Shown here: positions 38,001 to 49,800 of the stretch, piece by piece
Layout: every line of letters starts with the position of its first letter
Position numbering within the stretch: the stretch's first letter is position 1
Notes under the pieces: model-generated
What the model saw: the letters and a program-made list of their open reading frames with translations, nothing else
What the model was told of the DNA's origin: nothing
The model's database searches: none
Program-made: the position numbers and the translations under genes
Source: Eledone cirrhosa
Taxonomy: Eukaryota
DNA length: 64,000 nt
Assembly (NCBI GenBank): GCA_964016885.1
Contig: OZ024741.1
Span: 36,456,001-36,520,000 of the forward strand
Direction of reading: 5' to 3'

Positions 38001-41000
38001 TTCCTAACACCAACCTCATTTACAGTGAGTGCTGGGTGCTCTTTTGCCGTGGCACCTCCACGACCACTTCTACAGCTGAGTAAACTGGAGTAATGTGAAA
38101 TAAAGTGTATTGCTCAAGGAAATAACACATCACCCGGTCCGAGAATTGAACTCACAACCTTTCGATTGCAAGGCCAATGCTCTAACCACTAAGCCATGTG
38201 CCTCCTTTATATAAATATAGTAAAATAAAAAATATATAATATTTATTAGATATTATTTACAATTTGCGTGTAGACAGGTCTCTCTGGAAATAGGAGTGAG
38301 GGCGCTGAGGGTGTTACATGGCCGTGAGAGGAACGGTGGCCCAAAAAGTTTTAGAACCTCTGATATAAAGTAATGAATGGTTCAGAGTATATTTTGATAT
38401 TGATTTGGCATATGAATGGTGCCTGCAGTACTGAGACCAGGGAGACCACAAATTATGGGAGTACTCAATACATGGGAAGATGCAGAGTGGGTACCATCAT
38501 CATCATCATCATTTTACGTCTGCTTTTCTCTGCTTGCAAGGGTTGGACGGGTCCTATTCAGTACAGCATCTCTCCACTTGTCACGGTCCTTCGTCATATA
38601 TATATATGTATAATTATAATTATTACGTCAACTTTTCCTTGCTGGCATAAATTGGATGAGACAATGTTTTACAGCCAGATATCCTTCCTGACATTAACCT
38701 TTTTAGTCGCTTTTAAACTGAATACATAATTATATCATGGAAGTCATTTTAGTCATTCAAATATTTTAATTTACTAGCCCTCCCATATGCAGGAGCTGGG
38801 CCATACATCTAGTATGCACCACCTTCTCTCCCATACACATCACACATTGTAATCACCACACTCCTATATCTACCTCCCCAATTCCCCATGCATCTCACAA
38901 TCCTGGAGCCATGACAAAAAGCATTCAGCCCACACTGTAAAGTGGGTTGTGTTGGTTACATGACAAAAAGTACCCAGTCCACACTGTAAAGTAGTCGTGT
39001 AGGCATCACAACAAAAAGTACCCAGTCCACACTGTAAAGTGGTCGTGTAGGCATCACAACAAAAAGCACCCAGTCCACACTGTAAAGTAGTCGTGTAGGC
39101 ATCACAACAAAAAGCACCCAGTCCACACTGTAAAGTGGTCGTGTAAGCATCACAACAAAAAGCACCCAGTCCACACTGTAAAGTGGTCGTGTACGCATCA
39201 CAACAAAAAGCACCCAGTCCACACTATAGAATGATCATGTAGGTATCCTGACAAAAAGCACCCAGTCCACACTGTAAAGTGGTCGTGTAGGCATCACAAC
39301 AAAAAGTACCTAGTCCACACTATAGAATGATCATGTAGGCATCACAACAAAAAGCACCCAGTCCACACTGTAATGTGGTCGTGTAGGCATCACAACAAAA
39401 AGTACCCAGTCCACACTGTAAAGTAGTCGTGTAGGCATCACAACAAAAAGCACCCAATCCACACTGTAAAGTGGTCGTGTAGGCATCACAACAAAAAGCA
39501 CCCAGTCCACACTGTAAAGTGGTCGTGTAGGCATCACAACAAAAAGCACCCAGTCCACACTGTAAAGTGGTCGTGTAGGCATCACAACAAAAAGCACCCA
39601 GTCCACACTGTAAAGTGGTCGTGTAGGCATCACAACAAAAAGCACCCAGTCCACACTGTAAAGTGGTCGTGTAGGCATCACAACAAAAAGCACCCAGTCC
39701 ACACTGTAAAGTGGTCGTGTAGGCATCACAACAAAAAGTACTCAGCCCACACTATAGAATGATCATGTAGGCATCACAACAAAAAGCACCCAGTCCACAC
39801 TGTAAAGTGGTCGTGTAGGCATCACAACAAAAAGTACCCAGTCCACACTAAAGTGGTCGTGTAGGCATCACAACAAAAAGCACCCAGTCCACACTGTAAA
39901 GTGGTCGTGTAGGCATCACAACAAAAAGCACCCAGTCCACACTGTAAAGTGGTCGTGTAGGCATCACAACAAAAAGCACCCAGTCCACACTGTAAAGTGG
40001 TCGTGTAGGCATCACAACAAAAAGTACCCAGTCCACACTGTAAAGTGGTTGTGTAAGCATCACAACAAAAAGCACCCAGTCCAAACTGTAAAGTGGTCGT
40101 GTAGGCATCACAACAAAAAGCACCCAGTCCACACTGTAAAGAGGTCGTGTAGGCATCACAACAAAAAGCACCCAGTCCACACTGTAAAGTGGTCGTGTAG
40201 GCATCACAACAAAAAGCACCCAGTCCACACTGTAAAGTGGTCGTGTAGGCATCACAACAAAAAGCACCCAGTCCACACTGTAAAGTGGTCGTGTAGGCAT
40301 CACAACAAAAAGCACCCAGTCCACACTGTAAAGTGGTCGTGTAGGCATCACAACAAAAAGCACCCAGTCCACACTGTAAAGTGGTCGTGTAGGCATCACA
40401 ACAAAAAGCACCCAGTCCACTGTAAAGTGGTCATGTAGGCATCACAACAAAAAGCACCCAGTCCACACTGTAAAGTGGTCGTGTAGGCATCACAACAAAA
40501 TGTACTCAGTCCACACTGTAAAGTGGTCGTGTAGGCATTACAACAAAAAGCACCCAGTCCACACTGTAAAGTGGTCGTGTAGGCATCACAACAAAAAGCA
40601 CCCAGTCCACACTGTAAAGTGGTCGTGTACGCATCACAACAAAAAGCACCCAGTCCACACTAGAATGATCATGTAGGCATCACAACAAAAAGCACCCAGT
40701 CCACACTATAGAATGATCATGTAGGCATCACAACAAAAAGCACCCAGTCCACACTGTAAAGTGGTCGTGTAGGCATCACAACAAAAAGCACCCAGTCCAC
40801 ACTATAATATGATCATGTAGGTATCCTGACAAAAAACATCTAGTACACAACGTAAATCTGGTTGGCATTAGGAAAGACATCCAGTCATAGAAACTAAGCC
40901 AAAACCAGTTCTTTGTGAGCAAAACAGTCCTACAACCTGACTGTCTCACCATGGGACAACTCGTCTAACCCATGCTAGCATAGAAAATTGACGTTAAATG

Positions 41001-44000
41001 ATGATGACACACCCATACACATCATCATCATCATCATCACCGTTTTACGTCCGTTCTTTCATGCTAGCATGGGTTAGACGGGGTGTTCTGTTGTGGGCAG
41101 TGTCTGGTCGGCTGACCAGGCCTTGCTCATACAGGAACTTATTTGGCTTGATTTCTACAGCTGGATGCCCTTCCTAACACCAACCTCATTTACAGTGAGT
41201 GCTGGGTGCTTTTTCGTGGCGCCTACACGTCCACTTTACAGTGTGGGGTGGGTGCTTTTTTGCCGTGGCACCTCCACGACCACCTTGCAATGGGGGGTGT
41301 GGAGGCATATTGTCTATATGCTTCAGCTTGTACCCATGGGAGGTCGGGTACTCTGTATTACTGCGTGACGCCAGAGGTCATGGTCGTGTGTCATCGCCTT
41401 TGAGAGGTGTAATTGGGTAAGGTCGGCTTTTATCACCTCATCCCAGGTCATCTTGGGTCTCCCCACTCCGCGGTTTCCATCAACTTCTAGTGCTCTGCAC
41501 CTTTTTATGCAGCTGTCATCCTTCATACGCATCACATGTCCATACTAACGCAACCGCCTCTCCTGCACACAGCATTTGATTCCACTTATGCTCAGTCTCT
41601 CTCTCAATTCATTTATGCTTTGTCGTTCGCGTATATTACTATTACACATCCATCGGAGCATGCAGGCTTCGTTTCTCTCTAATCTACGTAAGTCTTCCAC
41701 CTTCAGCGCCCAGGTCTCACTACCATGCAACATCGCTGTTCGGATACACGCATTATACAGTCTGCCTTTCATTTTGAGGGAGAAGCCTTTTGCAGCTAGC
41801 AGTGGTAGTAGTTCCCTAAACTTCTTCCATCCCGTTCTTACCCTAGTTATTGTACTTTCTGAACACCCACCTCCGCTGCTAATTCGGTCACCTAGGTAGC
41901 AGAAGCTGTCTACTGTTTCTACAGAGCCCTCCCAGAGATTGGTGGTACTTGTTTCCTGTGGGTGTTTGCTGCTTGCTGTCCCAGCACAGCTGCTGCATGT
42001 GAAGCCTACATTCTTAATTAAGCTTCCTATAATTATCCATAAACAACTTTGTTAAAGTTTGGTGAAGAAACCGAATTACTTTTTCTGTTCCTAAAACAAC
42101 AGGTTATATGCTCATATAAGTAGATGTGAAACAACGTTGAAAATTAATGGTTTGTCTTTATAAATTGTGTGTTTGTTCTAGGTGGGAAAAGTGCTGTGGT
42201 GAGCGCCATTATTATTGGTCTTGGAGGGAAAGCATCAGCAACTAACCAGTGTAATTCAGTAAAAAATTTTATCAAAAATGGCAAACAGTGAGTTTTTGAT
42301 TTTTCTGTGACATTTTCTACTTTATTTTGTTTTGTGTTTGCTCCCCACTCTGCCCCACACCCATGGTTCTGTTTTGCAACTATTTGTTTTCAGCATGAAA
42401 GTGAACAATTTGACAGAGTCGTTAGACATTTGTTCTGGGTCTCTGAGTTCCACTTTGCTTTTCATTTATTTGGAGTGTTGGGGTATAGGGGTGGATAAAG
42501 AAAGCACCAACTCATTGTTGCTGCAACTCTCCTAATTGTCACATCCTGGATATTCTACAACATAGGCACCTAAAACCCTTAACAAAAGAATGGTACATAC
42601 TACTAAGTTATACTCAATTGGGAGGGATGCCCATAGTAGTTTCTTTCTACTCCATGCTATTTTCACCCAGCTATGGCCATATTTCTTATTCATCATCATC
42701 ATCATCATCTTCGTTTAACGTCCATTTTCCACGCTAGCATGGGTTAATTTTCAAAATAATCTGGATTTTCATTGTCAGGGCATTGCACAAAATGAAACAA
42801 AGCATTTTAAAGCTATTTTTTCCTGTTAACTCTTTAGCATTTGAACCAGCTGTATCCGGCCAGAATTCTTTCACCACTTTTTGTTCAAACCGGCCATAAC
42901 TGCAGGTGTTTAGGTATTGTTCTCAAAATAAATAATATCAAAATCTCATTGACTCGATATTATGTGAGATAAAGTCTTTACTGCAAAAATATAATTGTTT
43001 CTACTATTGGCACAAGGCCAGAAATTACCCAGTACATTACTGGTACTTTATTTTATCGACCCCGTAAGGATGAAAGGCAAAGTCAACCTCGGCGGGATTT
43101 GAACTCAGATCGTAAAGGGACGTAACTATGCTGGAAAGCATGGCGTACGACCCTCTACCGATACTGCCAATCCACAAAATATAATAGTAAGTATAAAGGA
43201 ATGCAAATGTTAAAGGTAAAATCAGGGGCTAGTCTTGCAGGCCTCATGAAAGGCTTCATACTTATCATAGGCTCTTTTTTTGAGACAATGTTTTACAACC
43301 AAATATTCTTCCGTACACAAACTCTTATGACATGCAGGGATATGGTATACTTATTCTAAACCAGATGCATATTGTACTGTGCACTGGACAAAATGCCTGC
43401 TGAGTTCAACTTTGTCTTTCATCCTTCTGGAGTTAATGAAACAAAGTAGCTGTTAAATACTGGAGTCAGTTTAATATTCTATTAAAAGCATCATAAATAT
43501 GAATGAAATTCTAATAGAACTATTTTATTTATTGGTATACTAATCTTGTATTTGAAATGTGATTTAACTAAAGGTATTTTAATAGATAAAAGTGTAGGAG
43601 ATGTTTTACACAATGTTATCATTTATGTAATAAAGAAATATCAGTGTAGATTCTAATTTAACCCTTTAGCATTTACATTACTCTATATATACTATTGTAT
43701 TTTCACAGTAAAGGCTTTAGCTTACATGATTATCTACAAGATTTTGCTGTTATTTATTTTGAGAACAATACCTTAACGTTGGTATGAGCAGCCAGTTACA
43801 GCTGGTTTGAACGGAAAGAGGCGAGAGGGTTCTGGCCAGGTACAGTCGGTTTAAATGTTAAAGGGTTAAACATGGACACCGTAGAGAGGAGGGGAGGGGG
43901 TAGTGTGTGGCTTAAGGGTTGGACTTCATAGGTTTAATTCCTGGACAGAATGGCATATTCTGTCCTTGAGCAAGATGCTTCATTTCACGTTTCTCCAGTC

Positions 44001-45710
44001 CACTCAGCTGAAAAGAGGAAATGATTACCAGCAGCTGGGAGTTAACCCCTGAAATGGACTGGCATCTGGTCCAGAAGTTTGTTTTTTATGATAGGGCTAT
44101 CATTAAAACACCTGAGAAACCTCCTTTTAAATGCAACTTAATTGGAAACCACATATAGCTATATAAGTGTCACATCAACAACTGTAATATGAGCTGTTTG
44201 AATGGAGGCTTCTAAATAGGGACCCCAGGGAATCTTGTGTAAGTTGTTATTGAAAGGGTTAACATTTCACCATTAGTTTTACTAAGGCCTAGCATGCTGT
44301 TCATTTTAAATTCACCATCTGACCCCCTTTTTTTTTTCCTAATGGCTTAGAGAACAGGCACTGCACCTGACCTTTCTCAAGACCTCCAAGATTTGTTGGA
44401 ATAAATGAGGAAGTTATCTTCAGGCCAGATACTTGTGGTACTCTATGTGATAATATATGTTACACTACTTCTCTATATGATCATGTATGTTACACTGTGA
44501 CTGTCTATGTTACACCATGACCCTTACTCTAAGGCTCTTTTAGGAAATAGATATCGGTGCACATGCAACATAATATAAAAGACAAAGAGTACTGGTGTGT
44601 GTGATAAAGTTTTACTTCATAGAAGTCAAAGGTGTATAAGGTAAAAGGTTGTTACCCGATGGCAATAATGCCATTGTGAAGTTGTCAGGCTGGTGAGCTG
44701 GATTGTGCTGGTAACGAAAGATTCGTCCAGAAAGAATCCAGCTATGGTCGAAGATGTTACCACTTCGGGAATCAGGAGGCGAGAGAGAGATTTCGCGGTT
44801 AATCGCTCCTTTTATCTCTCTTGACCGGAAGTGACCACTAGGGAGTTTGGTCAATCCCAAAGGGAAGCAACTCCACCTACTTCCTGTCTAGAGAACAGCG
44901 ATTTAATTGTCGTGGCAGGGGAGGCAACTCTTACTACAGTATCCCCCGCCAGATTTTTAAAACATAAAAAATCGAAAGAAGCATGCATGGAGTAAGATGG
45001 CGAGCATGTAAGAGGCATGAAAAATATGGTACAGAGTAATGGAAGTAAGAAAAGTCAAAAGTTCAAATGTACAAAATATAGTTCACAGGTGTGCAGTCAC
45101 ATGACAGCAGGAAAGAAAGTGTGTTCTAGAGAATGAATGCAGGTGGTCTCTGTTCTGTGGTATATCGTGAATTTCCAACCTCCGAATGGATTTTCTCACA
45201 GGAAGAGTGCTGCAAAAATAAATTCTCTGGCTTTGGTTGCTGTTGCTGTTGCTGCTGTATTGCTGTTGCTGTTGCTGCTGTTGTATTGCTGTTGTTGCTG
45301 CTGTATTGCTGTTGCTGCTGTATTGCTGTTGCTGCTGCTGTTGTTGCTGCTGTTGTCTCGCTGAGTGAGCGTATTCGGTGTTTAAACTCACAGTAGACAA
45401 AAAATTTTTCAGAAAAAATGAGTTGCGCAAAGTGCTAGAAATAGCAGCCGAAGTTGATGGTCGATGTTGAGAATGCGTTGATCTGGAAGGGTCCAGAGGC
45501 CAGCGACCAGAGAAATAAGCATTCTTACTAAATGCGCGGTTATCAACGGTAAATTTACATTGCAAACTTATAAACCGGCAAAGAGAAGAATGTAGCTTAA
45601 AATGTTCATTGTAAAGGAAACGAAAAAACATATATATACATCCAGTGAAATGGTCATGAGAGGTACATTGCAATACAATAAATCAAATAAATAAGAACAG
45701 CAAAAACAAA

Positions 45711-45741
<31 letters not shown>

Positions 45742-46855
45742 TATAAGGCTCCAATGGCCAGTTCATATAAAAATAGTTTGGCAGAACTTTTTGGGCCAGT
45801 GGACTCTCCGACCGGAACGGGTCGTAGTCTTGTATGTAGGTGATGGTGGGGCAGAAGGAGCAGGTGTATGCACAATGGTGAAAGATTGGGGTATTTGTGG
45901 CTCGGGTGTATGAGCGTCATTGTGTGCCCTTTTCAGTCTATCCACCGAAATTGTCTCTCTGGACCCCTTAACGTCTACTGTGAAATGTTTTTATACACTA
46001 AAATTCTGGCGGGAGGTTATGTAGCGGTTGTCTCCCTTGTTTTGATTGGGATCTAGACGGGAAGTGGAACCCTTTCTCAAACTTCCGGTCAGAGCCCTAT
46101 AAAACTAACAACTTTAAGCTTCCTCTCTCTCTTTGCCTTTTCGGCACCAGGTCAAGAGTCTTCTCATTTGGCTCTGCCATTAATTTGGCCAACAGGCGCC
46201 TGGCCTTAGCCAGGCGCCCTCTGCCAGCCGCGTTTGCCTGGCAATCAAAACGGTAACTACTAACTTTGTTTCATTCTAACATATATCTTTGACATGTCAA
46301 GTATTCTATTCTACCGTTAATTAAATAATATATACACAAACATTGTCTCGTTTTGTTACATTCATACAACCAGTATTATCGCTATACTCTCTATATTACT
46401 CTGTTACAATATGACCTCAATGTTACTCTCTCCATATATATATATATGTAGGAAGTTATAGTTCACTTTAAGCATTGTGTAATGAGATATAAACGTTTGT
46501 ATTTGTAAAGCCAAAACAATGCAGGTATGGACATAGAATATAAATGCAAATGCAAAAGATATTGTTGACAATTAGTCTTTTACCTTAAATTTATTTAAAT
46601 GTCCTTAATTTTTTAGATAATATCTCTTCTTCGGAGGGAAATAAAGCGGTTAAACCGGTGTTCTAAATAACTTGGCAAGTTATTTAGAACACCGGTTTAA
46701 CCGCTTTATTTCACTCCGAAGAAGAGATATTATCTCAAAAATTAAGGACATTTAAATAAATTTAAGGTAAAAGACTAATTGTCAACAATATCTTTTGCAT
46801 TTGCATTTATATTCTATGTCCATACCTGCATTGTTTTGGCTTTACAAATACAAAC

Positions 46856-46890
<35 letters not shown>

Positions 46891-49800
46891 GTTACTCTCT
46901 ATATATGTTACTCTCCATATATAGTCTATGTTACTCTCTCTATATATAACTAGAATCATGTTCCTTGATGTTTACTTCCAGGTCAGCTGAAATAACAATC
47001 CACCTGAGTAATGAAGGTTCCGATGCCTTTAAACCAGATCTCTTTGGAAATCAAATTGTGATTGAGCGTAAATTATGTCGTGATGGGGTAAATGGTTACC
47101 GTATTAAATCAAGCACTGGTAAGCATTAATATTATTATTATGGCGGTGGATTGGCAGTATTGGTAGAGCGTCAGATGCCATACTTTGCAGCATAGAGTTA
47201 TGGCCCTTCTACAAAAATTGCTGGTATTGTGCCTAAATCAGAAACCATTATTATTATCATCATCATCGCCATCACCACCATTTCACATCCGTTTTTCATG
47301 CTGCCCTGGATTGGAGAAGTCACGATTGAAGTCGATTCTAATTTGGAGTTACTATCCTCCTGAACAGATTGTTGACCACCTCTTGCTCATGTGTTCAGTT
47401 TTTAGCATGGTTTCTACAACCGCATGCCATTTGTAACACCAACCACTTACATAGAGTGTACATGGTGCCTTTTATCATGGCACCAGCAGTAAAGACATTA
47501 TGTCTTCAGCAGGACTAATGTCTCCTCTCAGCCTTACATTGTCTTTGCTACTTCGCCAGCCACTTTGCAGAGGATACTGGGTTCATTTTATTGTAGCATC
47601 TACACCTATTAGATTGCTTTGGATCTCACAAGACTAAATAGCCTTCACTACTCTGCATTGTCAAACAAGGAATTTACAACCACAACAGGAAGCATTTGAA
47701 GGCTATTTTCCCTGCTAAAGCAGAGATTAGCCATGCAAGCTCCATATTAGGTTTTATATTCATCATGGGATCCTTTTTGAGGCAATGTTTTGCAGTTGAA
47801 CGTCCATTCTGGTGCCAACACTTTCAGTTGTCAGTTGTATCTTACGACATGCCAGGATATAATGGACCTATTTTAAAGTGAATACACACTGCTCCTGGAT
47901 AGATGGTGAATACAGCAGTTTGTGATGATGATGACGATGATTGTCATCATTTAATGTCCATTTCCCACGTTAGTTGGGTTGTCCCGTTTGAGGCAAGTTG
48001 GGTCAGGTGACTGTCTTGCTCATATAGAACTGTTTCTGGCTTGGTTTCTATGGCTGGATGCCCTTCCTAACGCTAACCACTTTTACAGTGTGTGCTGGGT
48101 GCTTTTTGTCGTTACACCTACAGGCCACCTTATAGTGTCAGTTGGTTGCTATTTGTCGTGACACCTACACGGCAACCTTATAGTGTCAGTTGGTTGCTAT
48201 TTGTCGTGACACCTACACGGCCACCTTATAGTGTCAGTTGGTTGCTATTTGTCGTGACACCTACACGGCCACCTTATAGTGCTAGTTGGTTGCTATTTGT
48301 CGTGACACCTACACGGCCACCTTATAGTGCTAGTTGGTTGCTATTTGTCGTGACACCTACAGGCCACCTTATAGTGCTAGTTGGTTGCTATTTGTCGTGA
48401 CACCTACAGGCCACCTTATAGTGCTAGTTGGTTGCTATTTGTCGTGACACCTACAGGCCACCTTATAGTGCTAGTTGGTTGCTATTTGTCGTGACACCTA
48501 CACGGCCACCTTATAGTGCTAGTTGGTTGCTATTTGTCGTTACACCTACAGGCCACCTTATAGTGTCAGTTGGTTGCTATTTGTCGTGACACCTACACGG
48601 CCACCTTATAGTCTCAGTTGGTTGCTATTTGTCGTGACACCTACACGGCCACCTTATAGTCTCAGTTGGTTGCTATTTGTCGTGACACCTACACGGCCAC
48701 CTTATAGTCTCAGTTGGTTGCTATTTGTCGTGACACCTACACGGCCACCTTATAGTCTCAGTTGGTTGCTATTTGTCGTGACACCTACACGGCCACCTTA
48801 TAGTCTCAGTTGGTTGCTATTTGTCGTGACACCTACACGGCCACCTTATAGTCGCAGTTGGTTGCTATTTGTCGTGACACCTACACGGCCACCTTATAGT
48901 CTCAGTTGGTTGCTATTTGTCGTGACACCTACACGGCCACCTTATAGTCTCAGTTGGTTGCTATTTGTCGTGACACCTACACGGCCACCTTATAGTCTCA
49001 GTGGGTTGCTATTTGTCGTGACACCTACACGGCCACCTTATAGTCTCAGTTGGTTGCTATTTGTCGTGACACCTACACGGCCACCTTATAGTGATAGTTG
49101 GTTGCTATTTGTCGTGACACCTACACGGCCACCTTATAGTGCTAGTTGGTTGCTATTTGTCGTGACACCTACAGGCCACCTTATAGTGCTAGTTGGTTGC
49201 TATTTGTCGTGACACCTACAGGCCACCTTATAGTGCTAGTTGGTTGCTATTTGTCGTGACACCTACACGGCCACCTTATAGTGCTAGTTGGTTGCTATTT
49301 GTCGTGACACCTACAGGCCACCTTATAGTGCTAGTTGGTTGCTATTTGTCGTGACACCTACAGGCCACCTTATAGTGCTAGTTGGTTGCTATTTGTCGTG
49401 ACACCTACAGGCCACCTTATAGTGCTAGTTGGTTGCTATTTGTCGTGACACCTACACGGCCACCTTATAGTGCTAGTTGGTTGCTATTTGTCGTTACACC
49501 TACAGGCCACCTTATAGTGTCAGTTGGTTGCTATTTGTCGTTACACCTACACGGCCACCTTATAGTGTCAGTTGGTTGCTATTTGTCGTGACACCTACAC
49601 GGCCACCTTATAGTCTCAGTTGGTTGCTATTTGTCGTGACACCTACACGGCCACCTTATAGTCTCAGTTGGTTGCTATTTGTCGTGACACCTACACGGCC
49701 ACCTTATAGTCTCAGTTGGTTGCTATTTGTCGTGACACCTACACGGCCACCTTATAGTCTCAGTTGGTTGCTATTTGTCGTGACACCTACACGGCCACCT

